Shown: in pieces, positions 44,386 to 55,214 of the stretch
How positions within the stretch are numbered: the stretch's first letter is position 1
Layout of the letters: each line of letters starts with the position of its first letter
Source of the DNA: a plasmid
DNA length: 64,000 nt
Sequence record: NZ_CP028352.1
Reading direction: 5' to 3' (one strand)
Translations under genes and position numbers: made by a program
The notes under the pieces: generated by a model
The model's database searches: none
Seen by the model: only the letters and a program-made list of their open reading frames with translations
What the model was told of the DNA's origin: nothing

Positions 44386-46521
44386 TTACTTAATCCCATC
44401 TTCTTTTGGTGAACCGCTATTAGGTGATTTTTGCAGGCCTGGAACTCTGCGAGCGCCGCCACCTGCAGCCGCAAACATCCCCTTGACGTCATCAACCAGT
44501 CCGCCCATGATTCCTGCCATACCTGCACCGCCCAGGAAGGTAATCACATAATCCGCAAGCGTGGCCTGAAGGCCAAATACGCGCGTAACACCGAAAGTCG
44601 CTATACGTGCGTAAATCAGCAACCAGCCAATCATTTTCACTAATCCCATAATTGAATCAGCATTAGCATTTGCTAATCCAGTTCCGAACAGCAGGTTCAG
44701 GAGTGTTCCTCCTGCCATCGCCGCTACAGATGCAAAGAAGAACCCGAGTACCATTAGTGAGGGACGCAGCATCATGTCGATAAGAAAGATATAACCATAT
44801 GCGCTGCGGCTTCCCTTATCTTCCTCGGCCCCTAAATGTGTAGCCGACCACATCGGCCCTGCAGCACAACCCACCATGACGCTGACAATCCAGTTAAAGA
44901 CTCCGACCATCCAGTAAAGGAAAGGTACCGCAGGCAGGAAGACTGCAAGGGAAAACCCTACTGCAAAAAGAAGTAACATGACGAAGTAAAAAGGTGTCGA
45001 GAGTTCCGTCAGAACATCTTTAACAACAGCTCCCGGATTAACAAATAGTAACCCTCCAATTTTGCCTAACACTGAATTATCAGCAGTAGATGCCGCCGCA
45101 AGTGTCAATGTATAAGCAGCTAAGGCGGTCTCAGTGGCGCCCAGGGTAAAGTCACCGATAATTTGCATCTTGATTAGAGGATTAACCTGATGTGAGAAAT
45201 CCGCATCAGTCCCAAATTCATTTGTAGCTATTGCTGTTGTGATTTTCTGCATCGGACTTTTATAAAAGCTCACGAATACAGCGCTTGAGTCAGTTGCGTT
45301 TAGTGCAGCCCCATCATCTTTAGACGTCTGCGTACCCAGCGGAGCCGTATAAGTGCTGTTCTGCAACTGTGACCGATAGGCCGTAAACACCTGATGATAT
45401 AGGTCACCGGTTCCAGTCTCTCCTTGCAGACTCGCTCCAGAAGTTACCGGAGCTGCATTGGCCACTTCGTTCGTTTTGCTATTGGCCGTCGCAAACGTAT
45501 TGTACCAGGCACCCAGCGAAATCCAGCCGTAGGTTTTGAGCTGCGTTGTCAGCTGACTCTGCAGCGAATCCTTGTAGTTCAGCTGGTTCAGCGCATTATT
45601 CACCGTAGTCTCATACGCAGCCGCTGCGTTCTGAATACTTGTTTCAGGGTCAGCCAGCGTTCCGCTGTCCTGGTCACGCCGGCTTAAATAACTGGTGACA
45701 TAAGCTTGTGCGGCTGCATCGAGCGTGGACTGCATGGTATCCAGTGCCCCACGCGAAGCCGTAGTGACACTGGCTGTATTTACCGCTGATCCAAACAGGC
45801 TATCTATAACGCCGGTCGAAGGCTCCGGGATGCGGGCGCTGCCGCATAGCGCACTGCCGTTGCCAGTGGTGTAGTCGCCGTTCCCGCCCTTAGTCTGCAT
45901 GAGCGCCGTCCGCGCCTGACCGTCCTGATAGAGCGAGGACAGTTCACTGTTGGTTGCGTACTTGCACAGGTTCATCTCAAACACTGCGCGCGCCGCCGAT
46001 CGCGTGGAGGGCGCCGTGGGCTGCACGACCAGCGACATGCCGCTGCTTATCAAGTCGGCCGCCTTATCTGTAAACAGATTAGCGCTGCCAATGCCCATGG
46101 TCGATGCCGCCCACAACATGACCAGCTGCGACAATGACCAGCCCGAAGCGGTCGGAATGAGTGTAATAAAGCCAGCAAAACTCATCACCGGGTGCAGCAT
46201 TGAGCGACCGGCGCTGAAAACTTTACCGTCCTGCCCACCTTTAAATAATGTTTTTAGCGTTACGATGAGGAACCATACCAGTGCCACCGCGCACAGCACG
46301 CCGTTCAGTAACGCAAACAGCGAGCCAATAAGTGTGGCCTGTCCGGGCTGAAACGGTGTGAGCACCACATCGCCGAAAATCATCACCAGCGCCTGACGGG
46401 AAAGGTCACCTGTCTTGCTGGCGGCATCGCTGATGGTCTGGTAGTCCACGCCGTCGGCTAACGCTGGGCAGGACGCGGCGCACAGCAAAGCCGCCGCCTG
46501 AATTTTAGTCAAGAGCTTCAT
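44386..46521 (-). CDS. traY: TraY/DotA-like polytopic membrane protein of the T4BSS.
   Basis: Signal peptide, then multiple TM segments. 711 aa, immediately upstream of the exclusion gene. Confidence 0.5.
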   Translation of the reverse strand: MKLLTKIQAAALLCAASCPALADGVDYQTISDAASKTGDLSRQALVMIFGDVVLTPFQPGQATLIGSLFALLNGVLCAVALVWFLIVTLKTLFKGGQDGKVFSAGRSMLHPVMSFAGFITLIPTASGWSLSQLVMLWAASTMGIGSANLFTDKAADLISSGMSLVVQPTAPSTRSAARAVFEMNLCKYATNSELSSLYQDGQARTALMQTKGGNGDYTTGNGSALCGSARIPEPSTGVIDSLFGSAVNTASVTTASRGALDTMQSTLDAAAQAYVTSYLSRRDQDSGTLADPETSIQNAAAAYETTVNNALNQLNYKDSLQSQLTTQLKTYGWISLGAWYNTFATANSKTNEVANAAPVTSGASLQGETGTGDLYHQVFTAYRSQLQNSTYTAPLGTQTSKDDGAALNATDSSAVFVSFYKSPMQKITTAIATNEFGTDADFSHQVNPLIKMQIIGDFTLGATETALAAYTLTLAAASTADNSVLGKIGGLLFVNPGAVVKDVLTELSTPFYFVMLLLFAVGFSLAVFLPAVPFLYWMVGVFNWIVSVMVGCAAGPMWSATHLGAEEDKGSRSAYGYIFLIDMMLRPSLMVLGFFFASVAAMAGGTLLNLLFGTGLANANADSIMGLVKMIGWLLIYARIATFGVTRVFGLQATLADYVITFLGGAGMAGIMGGLVDDVKGMFAAAGGGARRVPGLQKSPNSGSPKEDGIK

Positions 46522-46595
46522 GATTTACCTGCGGGTCAGGTGCTGACCGGATAGGAAAGAGTGGATACCGCCTGAGCGGTCATATCAGGGGCGTA

Positions 46596-46889
46596 TCAGC
46601 GGCCGCAGGGGAGTGCAGCGACGTCTCGCAGGATAAGGTTCATATAGCGCTTAGATACGTCTGCCGTACTGCTAATCAGACAGATAACGATGACAACAAC
46701 AGTCGCCGGAAGCACTAGCGCGCATGCTGTCCCAATAAAGCCCAGATAACCCAAGATAACCCATCCCGAAGGGGGCAAGTCTCCTGTAAAAGCAGCCTCC
46801 AAAAGGGGCTGTGCCTGCGACCTGCATAAGAACATGACAAGCACTATAACGCCCACCCGGGCGATGAAGCTCAGTGCGTTTTTAAACAT
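46596..46889 (-). CDS. Small membrane protein of the tra operon (97 aa).
   Basis: Two predicted TM helices, in an operon with T4BSS genes. Confidence 0.4.
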   Translation of the reverse strand: MFKNALSFIARVGVIVLVMFLCRSQAQPLLEAAFTGDLPPSGWVILGYLGFIGTACALVLPATVVVIVICLISSTADVSKRYMNLILRDVAALPCGR

Positions 46890-47149
46890 GATATGTGTTC
46901 CTGATTATGCCAGCTGATTACCGGCTGAGGACGGCGTCAGAAAGGGTTACTTCACAAAATGCCACACGTGCTGCGGTACACGATCAAACAATTTACCCGT
47001 AGCGAGCTCCGCTTTACGGTGATCATATGCCTGTGTCATCACAAATATTTCGGCAGCATCTCCAGTGTAACTCACGTGTTCATAAACCTTTTCGAGCGTG
47101 TCCGAATTATGAATACGGCGGAATTTATACAACCATTCAGTTCGGGTCA

Positions 47150-47569
47150 TTAATCACCTCCGTTCGATACGCACCGCAGGGTGCAGATAAACCGGCTAAC
47201 CGCAGCTGGCTCAAACAGCAGCTGCCCTTCAGACCTGACAGGAATAGGCAGCGTAATACCACGCAGCCGCTTACCACTACAGACAGCCTGCCAGAGAGCC
47301 AGCGGCGCGATGTCTGCCTGTTTTGCAAAAGCATCGAGCGTCATTAGCGGTGCTCCAGAGGAATCGGCGTTGTTATCCGGTTCCCGATCGTGCCATCGCG
47401 CTGCAAAATCCATGGCCTCGGTCTGATCGAACATTACGGCTGCGCCGCGCACCTGTATGCGGACAGGCAGCCTCATGCCATCCAGCTCACCTGTCGTGCG
47501 TACAGCGTGAAGCAACTCTCCTGACCTTACTCTCAGCAGGTCGGCAAACACATCAAGTTGCATATACAT
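47150..47569 (-). CDS. tra-operon protein (139 aa).
   Basis: ORF in operon context; no motif recognised. Confidence 0.35.
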   Translation of the reverse strand: MYMQLDVFADLLRVRSGELLHAVRTTGELDGMRLPVRIQVRGAAVMFDQTEAMDFAARWHDREPDNNADSSGAPLMTLDAFAKQADIAPLALWQAVCSGKRLRGITLPIPVRSEGQLLFEPAAVSRFICTLRCVSNGGD

Positions 47570-47584
47570 TGCTTTACTCCTTTT

Positions 47585-47992
47585 TCAAAATCCCGGCAGT
47601 TGACCAGTAGATCGTACGAAGGCGACAGCTAATCCTGCAGCAAAGATCAGAAATAACAGCAAATACCGAAACTCCAGTGAACACACAATAAAATAAGCGT
47701 ACGAGTCTGCATCGGCTTCGTCCTGCACAGGAAGCAACATGACAACCGCATTATCAAGCACAGTGATCTCCTGCTCATTTGCGCCAGAGACCCGTAGGCT
47801 GTGACGCGCTTTGCGCAACTGGCCAAGAGCCTCAGTAGTGTGCTGTTGGGCGGTAAAGACTTCCCGTTCCCGGATGGCGCGTCGCGCACTGTGTAACAGG
47901 TTTAAAATAGTTTCCTTTCGCTCACCCAGACGGGCGTTATCCAGCAACGTTATCAACTGGATAAGAACCTGTTCACGCTTTTTACTTCTCAT
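47585..47992 (-). CDS. tra-operon protein (135 aa, C-terminal TM segment).
   Basis: ORF in operon context. Confidence 0.35.
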   Translation of the reverse strand: MRSKKREQVLIQLITLLDNARLGERKETILNLLHSARRAIREREVFTAQQHTTEALGQLRKARHSLRVSGANEQEITVLDNAVVMLLPVQDEADADSYAYFIVCSLEFRYLLLFLIFAAGLAVAFVRSTGQLPGF

Positions 47993-48578
47993 AGATTTTT
48001 ACTCCCGTAAGCAGGCCGCCGCTCAGCACCTGACGGCACCATCGCGTCTCCTGCAGGTAATCCTGAAAACTGCCTCTTTCTGACGTCGAAACCCGCCTCT
48101 CCGTGAGCTGCCACAGGCGATAGCTCACCGCCAGTGCCTGCACGAAGCCGGTCAGGGCGAGCAGCAGGAGCACGATCATCACGCACCCTACTCGCAGCCA
48201 GCCGGTGCCGCCGATGCTGCTGCCTGCGGCAATCAGCATCATCAGGAAACCCATGACCGGCAGGCCGGTCAGCCACATCATCCCCCACCAGATCCAGCGG
48301 CTAACGCGCAGGTTACGTGCAAGACGCACTGGTGTGAGACCGCTGTCTTCAACCGCCTGTGACCAGTCTGCGGGGCGATAATCTCCAGCACCACGGCCAG
48401 CTGTAACTTCCCGGATGCGCTGCCACAGGCGCGACACATTGCGCCCTGCATGACGCGTCACGCTCGATACCTCCCACGCCGGCAGAAAAATATTCAGCGC
48501 TATCCAGCCGGCGCGCTTCGGGGTCACGCGGGCTTTTTTTACATTCTCCACAGGGTTTCCTGAATCAGACGGTTTCAC
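47982..48578 (-). CDS. tra-operon membrane protein (198 aa), TraX-like by position.
   Basis: Two TM helices (MMWLTGLPVMGFLMMLIAAGSS...). Confidence 0.4.
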   Translation of the reverse strand: MKPSDSGNPVENVKKARVTPKRAGWIALNIFLPAWEVSSVTRHAGRNVSRLWQRIREVTAGRGAGDYRPADWSQAVEDSGLTPVRLARNLRVSRWIWWGMMWLTGLPVMGFLMMLIAAGSSIGGTGWLRVGCVMIVLLLLALTGFVQALAVSYRLWQLTERRVSTSERGSFQDYLQETRWCRQVLSGGLLTGVKIYEK

Positions 48579-49335
48579 TGGCGCCTCCTTCTTCAGCCCT
48601 GACAGGCTCTGCGAGCGAGAACGTGACGTTATGAAGCGACGCCATTGCCTGCAGCGCGCGCATCAGAAAGCCATACACCGACGTCAGCTCGTCGCTTTCC
48701 ATGCAGCGGATGTCCGGCGTCAGGAAGATGACCTGTCCCGGGCGCTGTCTCAGCGTGCTGAGGCGAAATCCGGGTGCGCCCGTGAACGTTTCTGCCACGT
48801 GCGGATGGTGAAAGATGGTCATGCGGTCAGAGATGGCCAGCACCGATTCGCTGGCCCCCTCAAGCGTTAGCAACCTGCGCGCTGACTGCAGTGAAGGATG
48901 ATACGGATACTGGCGGCTCCATCGTGCAATAGCCCCCCAGAGGTCATCAGCCCAGAGCTGGCCAGCCAGTGCACCGAGTCCGGAAGACTGACCGTTAAAA
49001 TGTCCCGTGTCTCCGGCAAAGGCCATGACGCAGGTCATGAGGTGGCGCGTCAGATCAGTGTGGGTCGCTGGCGGAAACAGCGCGGCAGCCAGCGCTGTGG
49101 CACCGTCCCCGGCGTGCACGTGTCGCAGCGCACCCAGCGCGTCCCAGACGTCGCCTTCCTGAGTCTGACCGGGTGCCAGCCGCCAGGCCTGCCACACGTT
49201 TTTCCGGTGCGGCGCGTGCCAGAAAGCTTCCCATAATGCGCCGCAGGGGTCATTTACCAGCACCGGACCGGCGCCCGCGTCCAGCAGGGAAAAAAGTGCG
49301 TCGGCGTCCGGCGCAAAGGTCTTGATCGTTGTCAT
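48565..49335 (-). CDS. tra-operon protein (256 aa).
   Basis: ORF overlapping its neighbours by 14 nt on each side (coupled translation). Confidence 0.4.
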   Translation of the reverse strand: MTTIKTFAPDADALFSLLDAGAGPVLVNDPCGALWEAFWHAPHRKNVWQAWRLAPGQTQEGDVWDALGALRHVHAGDGATALAAALFPPATHTDLTRHLMTCVMAFAGDTGHFNGQSSGLGALAGQLWADDLWGAIARWSRQYPYHPSLQSARRLLTLEGASESVLAISDRMTIFHHPHVAETFTGAPGFRLSTLRQRPGQVIFLTPDIRCMESDELTSVYGFLMRALQAMASLHNVTFSLAEPVRAEEGGASETV

Positions 49336-49351
49336 GTTCTCTCCGGAAGAA

Positions 49352-50575
49352 TTACTGTGCGCTGACGCCGGCGCTCATCTGCGTGGACAGGGCCTGCAGC
49401 TGCGGGGCGTACTCATTTTTTGCCGCCAGGGCCAGCTGCTGGCCACTTATGATGTTGGCTTGACGCAGCTCGTTTTTGATGCCGAGCGCCAGCCAGTTGG
49501 CCAGACTCTGCTGACGAGCCATTTCGCGTGCCAGGTTGTCGCCGTCCATAGCCTGCAGGTCAGTAACCCACGCGGTATTGGCATAGCGGCGCCCGACCTC
49601 GAACGCTTCAAACTCGCGCTCGCTCATGGTGCCTGTCTGTTTGGCCTGCGCGGATGCAGTCTGCTGAAAGTAACTTTCTGCTGACGGTGCCTGCCGCGCC
49701 TCGGTGAGTGCGGCCTGAGTGGCGTCCTGCGGCTGACTCGCCGCTACCATGTCGAGCTGCGGCTGCATCGCGGCACTCTGCATCGCCTTGTACTGCGTGA
49801 GCAGGCCCTGATACTCCTGACCGGTAGCGGTCTGGATTTCGCCCTTGCCCGGCGTGCGCCCCGCGTCAAGCTTCGCGGAGTTGCTTACATACGCCATTGC
49901 CGCGTCCGTCTGCGCCTGGGTAAAGGTTAGCTCCGGTGCTTTTCCCGCTTCGCCTGCGCCGTCATAGAGTGAGCGCGCCTCCGTATCGCCGCCCGGCAGG
50001 GCTGAGACACCCGGGCACAGGCCGGTGCCGCCGTAAAGCTTCGCTTCCTCCGCCGTACAGTAGGCAGCATGAATAAGCGCGCTACGGTAGCCGCCCTGCC
50101 GGGGTGCAACGGGCAGACTGGCCAGCGTTTCACGCACGGCCCTGCTCGAAACCCCGCCGCCACCGGCCAGCCTTGATGCCGACGCCCGGGTTGCCTGACT
50201 CACCTGCGCAGCCGTACCGGAGGCCGACTCGCTGCAGATGGCGTCCGGCACCGAGTAGGCCGACCGCGCCTTCTCCAACCGGTCCACCTGGCGGTTAAAG
50301 TTGTCCGCCTCGCGCTGTGTACGCGCTGCTTCTGTAATGGCTGTGGTGGTTTTGTCTGAGGACTGCACCACTGCCGTACCGGTTTCCTTCTCAGCCGACA
50401 GGATTTCAGCCAGCGTTGCCTGCATAGTCTGCAGCGCCGGCACGACCAGCGTCTCAGTCGGGACGCTGCTCAATTCCTCAGTGGGATAGGCCAGTGCGCA
50501 AGGGGAAAGCGCCGCCAGCACGCAGGCGGCAAGCCACCTGCGCCCCGCAGGGCGCCAATGTGTGGATGATTGCAT
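49352..50575 (-). CDS. T4BSS lipoprotein (TraW/TraV-like).
   Basis: Signal peptide with lipobox (LAALSPC). Ala/Gln-rich 407-aa periplasmic protein directly downstream of the traU-like ATPase. Confidence 0.45.
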   Translation of the reverse strand: MQSSTHWRPAGRRWLAACVLAALSPCALAYPTEELSSVPTETLVVPALQTMQATLAEILSAEKETGTAVVQSSDKTTTAITEAARTQREADNFNRQVDRLEKARSAYSVPDAICSESASGTAAQVSQATRASASRLAGGGGVSSRAVRETLASLPVAPRQGGYRSALIHAAYCTAEEAKLYGGTGLCPGVSALPGGDTEARSLYDGAGEAGKAPELTFTQAQTDAAMAYVSNSAKLDAGRTPGKGEIQTATGQEYQGLLTQYKAMQSAAMQPQLDMVAASQPQDATQAALTEARQAPSAESYFQQTASAQAKQTGTMSEREFEAFEVGRRYANTAWVTDLQAMDGDNLAREMARQQSLANWLALGIKNELRQANIISGQQLALAAKNEYAPQLQALSTQMSAGVSAQ

Positions 50576-50593
50576 GTCAGAACTCCAGAAGGG

Positions 50594-53500
50594 TCAGAGG
50601 TCGTAGCCCTGTTGATCGATAAGCTCGGTGGCAAGCGCGCGGATAACGCTCTCTCCGCCCGTTTCGCCAGCAGTGCGGCGGCGGTGCTCTATGAATTTTT
50701 CAGCACTGCCATTAGGGAAGAAGCGCCCGAGAATGCGGCGGGATGTTTCGGCGCCAACATCTTTCTCAAGTGTGCGGCGCAGCGACATATCTACCGGCGT
50801 GGTACTGTGGCCCCACAGCTCCTCCGGGCCTACTGTGTTTTTCATAATGTGGGCAATGGTGCTACCCCCTTTGATGCGGAAGATACCAAGGAATGGCACG
50901 CCGCTGCCGTCGGCTGCGGGACCGCTGCCAATGCGCTCAAAGCGGTCCAGCGTCACGTTCGGCACTTTAAAGCGCTCCTGCAGTAGCTTGCGATCTTCCG
51001 GGTCAACACCAACCATATAGACGTTGTTCGCAGACTGGCGAAGCGCATCGGGCATGTCTCGGAAGTACTGCGAGGACAGCACGGTACGCACACCAAACTT
51101 TCTCTCCTCGCGGTTGTCGGTCTCAAGCATAGGGAAGATAAAGGGCACACCTTTGGCGTTATGCAGTTCGTCGTATTGTTTGGTTTTGACCTCTTCATCA
51201 AGCTGTTGAACGCGGGCGCGGTGTATCGCATGCCAGCGTTCGTGCAACTCAGGGAAAAGCTCGTCCTGATACTGCGGCAGCACGAAGTCACCGCCAGCAA
51301 TATGTCCGGCGAACAGATACATCATGCCAGTCTGCAGGTAACCCGCCGGAGACTTGTCGCCAGCGACATACTGAATGTCGACCGTGATGACTCGAGCCTT
51401 CGGGCTTATCATGAAGCGCGTGCGTCCGGCAAACATGCGGTACTGCGCGCAGGCGTCACGCAGGCATCGGGCGATATATTCAATTAGCGGCTCGTTGCTG
51501 CCGTCGCGCTGAATATTGCCGTACATACTCCTGTAATCTTCGCTGAGCAGCCGGGGTGCCATGTCGGCAAGCTCCGGCACTGCCTGGAACTGCGCACGCT
51601 GCGACGCAACCGTGTGGCCGGCGTCCTGCAGCAGGTCACGCACTTCATACCAGGAGGCGTTATCGCGGTATTCCGGATGCGCCTCCCATATACCGGCATC
51701 ACTCAGCGCCGTATCAACCTCCGGCACAAGCCCTGGCTCGTAGCGCCGCGGATCCTCACGGCACGCCTTAAATGAATCGCTGACCAGACGACGCAGGATC
51801 ATTGGCGAATCGCGACCGTTGGGTGGTATGCCGGTTCCGGGGTCAATACAGAGCGCCGACAAGGCGTTCAGCATAAATGTTGACTCGTAACTCAGCGGCG
51901 CAGTCAGGCCCAGCTGGATATCAAACAGGTTTCGACAGTGCGTTGCATCGTTGCGCAGGATAATGCTGAGCACCTCATCATGACGCTCCGGCGGTAGCCC
52001 TGCATGCAGTATTGACACCATGCCCACGGAGCTGAACCCTTTATCGATGCCAGCATAGAAGGGAAGCTGCTTCTGGGCGGACATTGCGAGAATAATTGAC
52101 TGACGGTTGATCAGTACCGATTTTCCGCCGCCGGATTCGCCCGCCACGATAGTGGTTTTCTTGGTCTGATTAGACGCTGCGAGTGCCACTGGCATCAGCC
52201 TGCCGTCAGGCGAGATAAACATCGCGTTGCCTTCTTCACTCCATGCGGTAGTCGGACGGGTGAGTGGCATCAGGTTCAGAGCCTCGGACAGCGGCGGATA
52301 CATCAGGCACGGTCCGCTTGCCGCAGATGACGCTGTGAGTGTGGCCACCCATGCCTTTACCGGATCACCAAAGGTCTGGGTCACGCCACAGATCCCCCAT
52401 GAAGTCAGCGCCTGCTGTAGCAGCGTGAGGTTGCGCGTCACGGTCTCCGGCGAATCTCCCCAGGTTGCAGCGGTGATGGTCATTACGCATACCGGCTCGT
52501 GCATCTCGCGCTCGGCCAGCAGAGAAATCGACTGAAAAATCGGCTTCAGCCCCGGCACCCACTCAGTAAAGCTCAAGACTGCCTGTTTACCGCCCAGCCG
52601 GCGCATGCCGCCCGGCATCAGGTCCTGACGGATACGGAACGGAACGCTGCGCGGAATAAGTTCGCGAAGCTTTGCAAAACTTTGCGGATTCTGCGGCCCA
52701 AGATTCACTGCCACCGTACCGTGCCATACACCGTTAATTTTCAGCAGGTTATTGCGAATCTCGTCGACGTATGTACCCATCACCTGAAAGTTCAGCCAGG
52801 GTGCCAGTAGCGCTGTTGCATCTGCCCCCTGGCGCACCCCGCGGGGAATAATGCGGTCATCGGGAAGCAAAGGTTGCCAGGCAGCGCCAGTGCCCGGATC
52901 AATCTGCGTGCGCAGCACGCGACCTGCCTCATGGGCATCGATGCGGCGCATCAGCACACCCTTACCACTGTCGCCCAGCGCGCGTTCCACCTGCGAAAGA
53001 AAAGCGTCATGACGGATTTTAAGTCCCGCCAGTTCGGTAATCAGCGGGTTCTGCCCGAATGCAGCGGTGGGGCTTGCCTTCAAAAGGTCACTAAGACGTG
53101 CGTTTTCATCACGCAGTTCGTGCCCAGCCAGCACGCCGCGCCCGGTGTAGCACACAAGCCAGGTGCGTTCGCGGTTCACCCATGGCTTGAGCTTTTGCAC
53201 CTGTTCGTCGAGCAGATACTGCAGCTTCAGTCCGGTTCGCTTCAGAGACTGATACTGTGGCAGCAGCAGCCGCCTGACTTCGTCCGCGCCGCCGGCAGGA
53301 TCGCACTCGTGCACGATGCTGATACGGTGTCCTATGTAGCGATAGTGAGCGGTCAGCGTCTCGGTCATACGCTGCAGGCGACCCTGCCACGAGTCATCAT
53401 GCGAGGACGCCAGATTTTCGTCAGATTCACGGTAGCTGCCTGATATTTCAAACACCGAGAGGTAGTCGCCTTTGTGCGTAACCATGATGTACGGCGCGCT

Positions 53501-53644
53501 CAGCTCCGGGTGGCGGATGCGGTCGTCTTCGGTCAGGCGCACCACAGTTTCGAGGTCACCGTAATCAGGCAGATCGCGCGACACGGCAAAGCGCGTTGCA
53601 GCGGTGATGATTTCTTCAGTCCAGCGGATGAGGCGGTTTGGCAT
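50594..53644 (-). CDS. traU: TraU/DotO(IcmB)-like ~1016-aa T4BSS ATPase (VirB4 analogue).
   Basis: Walker A VAGESGGGKS; size matches R64 TraU/DotO. Start moved to MPNRLIRW (53644) to avoid overlapping the upstream gene. Confidence 0.6.
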   Translation of the reverse strand: MPNRLIRWTEEIITAATRFAVSRDLPDYGDLETVVRLTEDDRIRHPELSAPYIMVTHKGDYLSVFEISGSYRESDENLASSHDDSWQGRLQRMTETLTAHYRYIGHRISIVHECDPAGGADEVRRLLLPQYQSLKRTGLKLQYLLDEQVQKLKPWVNRERTWLVCYTGRGVLAGHELRDENARLSDLLKASPTAAFGQNPLITELAGLKIRHDAFLSQVERALGDSGKGVLMRRIDAHEAGRVLRTQIDPGTGAAWQPLLPDDRIIPRGVRQGADATALLAPWLNFQVMGTYVDEIRNNLLKINGVWHGTVAVNLGPQNPQSFAKLRELIPRSVPFRIRQDLMPGGMRRLGGKQAVLSFTEWVPGLKPIFQSISLLAEREMHEPVCVMTITAATWGDSPETVTRNLTLLQQALTSWGICGVTQTFGDPVKAWVATLTASSAASGPCLMYPPLSEALNLMPLTRPTTAWSEEGNAMFISPDGRLMPVALAASNQTKKTTIVAGESGGGKSVLINRQSIILAMSAQKQLPFYAGIDKGFSSVGMVSILHAGLPPERHDEVLSIILRNDATHCRNLFDIQLGLTAPLSYESTFMLNALSALCIDPGTGIPPNGRDSPMILRRLVSDSFKACREDPRRYEPGLVPEVDTALSDAGIWEAHPEYRDNASWYEVRDLLQDAGHTVASQRAQFQAVPELADMAPRLLSEDYRSMYGNIQRDGSNEPLIEYIARCLRDACAQYRMFAGRTRFMISPKARVITVDIQYVAGDKSPAGYLQTGMMYLFAGHIAGGDFVLPQYQDELFPELHERWHAIHRARVQQLDEEVKTKQYDELHNAKGVPFIFPMLETDNREERKFGVRTVLSSQYFRDMPDALRQSANNVYMVGVDPEDRKLLQERFKVPNVTLDRFERIGSGPAADGSGVPFLGIFRIKGGSTIAHIMKNTVGPEELWGHSTTPVDMSLRRTLEKDVGAETSRRILGRFFPNGSAEKFIEHRRRTAGETGGESVIRALATELIDQQGYDL

Positions 53645-54239
53645 ACAGGTCGCTCCGGGTATAGGTATTCCAGGCCGGGGTATGCACGGCGCTTTCAGCG
53701 GTGCGCCCCATCGGCAGCAGCAGGGTAATGTCGCTGAATACGTCAGCGGGCAATATAAGCACGCAGCCTTCAAGCCGCTGCTGCATGAGTTTTCGCTTCA
53801 GAGGGGGCAGCCGTGCAAAGGCTGCGGCAAACTCCGGCGCGCGGGATGTACCCCACTCGTTCTCTACCTCGCGTGCGTGGCGGGCGAGCCAGTTCCAGAC
53901 CTTCCGTGACTCTTTACGTACGGCTTTAATTTCGCTGCATAGTCCGATAAGTGCACGGCGCTGCAGGTTAATGAGGTCGGCCGGTTGCGCGTCGGGCAGC
54001 CAGGCAAGGTGTCCGTGTGCTGCTGTCGGGCTGTCCAAATTCAGGGTCAGCCAGCAGAGCGTGCAGAGCGGCTGCGCATCCGGTCCCTGCCAGAGACGCT
54101 GCGCGCGAGTTCCGCAACAGCGGCAGGAAGAGCCGGCGTTTGCAGGTATTGGCCTCGGTGGAGTTTCTTCGCCGCTGACGTCCGGAATGAGCGGCAGCAG
54201 TGAACCCGCCGCCGGGACCGGGGCGTGATTAGGATTCAT
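53616..54239 (-). CDS. tra-operon protein (207 aa), TraT-like by position.
   Basis: ORF ending 28 nt before the traU start. Confidence 0.35.
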   Translation of the reverse strand: MNPNHAPVPAAGSLLPLIPDVSGEETPPRPIPANAGSSCRCCGTRAQRLWQGPDAQPLCTLCWLTLNLDSPTAAHGHLAWLPDAQPADLINLQRRALIGLCSEIKAVRKESRKVWNWLARHAREVENEWGTSRAPEFAAAFARLPPLKRKLMQQRLEGCVLILPADVFSDITLLLPMGRTAESAVHTPAWNTYTRSDLYAKPPHPLD

Positions 54240-54351
54240 AGTGATACCCTGTCGGAAATGAAAAATTAGAGGGGGATAATGTCAGTCAGAAGAAATGGGT
54301 ACTGGTCAGCTAATCCACATCAATGCTGCCGCAGAAACCAGTGTAGTGTGC

Positions 54352-54690
54352 TTAACGGCGAAATGGACGGGAAAGAGCCGCCATACTCTCCCACTGTGGC
54401 CAGCCCGTTTTGGGCTGCACACTACAGTAGGACTCACTGCCGCCCACCATTGCCTCCGCTCCCTGACTGTAGGCTTTCCCCTCCAGCCAGCAGGTACCGG
54501 TTCCGGCGCTCTGGTTCAGCTTCTCCAGTACCTGCTGCAGGTGGCTGTCGATAACCTGCGCAGTGATGTTCAATTGGTCGAGCTTCCTGCTGACGTTAGC
54601 ATCGCTCACCGGCTGACTGGCAAATGCACTGGCACACAGCCCGGCAGTTAAAGCGAAGACTACGCCCCTGCGGAATAATCTTTTCATCAA
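54352..54690 (-). CDS. Small secreted tra-operon protein (112 aa).
   Basis: Signal peptide MMKRLFRRGVVFALTAGLCASAFA. Confidence 0.4.
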   Translation of the reverse strand: MMKRLFRRGVVFALTAGLCASAFASQPVSDANVSRKLDQLNITAQVIDSHLQQVLEKLNQSAGTGTCWLEGKAYSQGAEAMVGGSESYCSVQPKTGWPQWESMAALSRPFRR

Positions 54691-54754
54691 GGAACTCCGG
54701 AATGAATGAGAAGAGAAAAAGTGAAAGAGCCGCCCTGTGGGGCGGCCGGGGGAA

Positions 54755-55141
54755 TTAACTGACCGAAACTGGCGTAAGGCCCATCTGCGTCATGCCGCGT
54801 TTAATAATCTCAGTGATGCCAATAGCCAGTAACCCGCCACCGATGGCGAGTACGATCATCCAGGGCTTAATTTGCGGGTTGTTCTTCATGGCCTTAATGG
54901 AGAGAAGACCGCCAGCCACAGCAAAGAACCCTACGACCTGAATAATGGTGATCCCGCTGGTCTGAATTGACTTCGCACCTTCAGCTCCGCTTTTGGCCAT
55001 ATCCGCCAGATCTCCGTCGGCCATGGCCACAGGTGAGATTAGCGCGGCCCAGGCGTAAACGCCTCGCAAAGCGAGCTGACGCAGGCTTTCAGACAGCATA
55101 AGTGCGCGGGTAAAGGCCGCGCGGTAAAGGCGAGTAAGCAT
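54755..55141 (-). CDS. traR: TraR-like small membrane protein (128 aa after start correction).
   Basis: Start moved to MLTRLYRAAF to remove the overlap. Two TM helices. Confidence 0.4.
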   Translation of the reverse strand: MLTRLYRAAFTRALMLSESLRQLALRGVYAWAALISPVAMADGDLADMAKSGAEGAKSIQTSGITIIQVVGFFAVAGGLLSIKAMKNNPQIKPWMIVLAIGGGLLAIGITEIIKRGMTQMGLTPVSVS

Positions 55142-55214
55142 GGTATTTTCCTTTAAATGATGGCCGGATGGCCAGTTGAGTTCGTCCGTGTGGACGTAAG
55201 ACTGAACGGCTGCG

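Noticed and set aside
50628-53443. Multiple plus-strand ORFs (130, 115, 108 and 189 aa) inside the traU-like ATPase gene
   Set aside because: They are antisense to a 1016-aa gene with clear Walker motifs, and they are GC-rich frame artefacts.
53645-53773. Upstream start for traU (MKAACLYCPL...) giving 1059 aa
   Set aside because: It would overlap the preceding gene by 157 nt. The internal ATG (MPNRLIRW) gives a size matching TraU/DotO homologues and removes the overlap.
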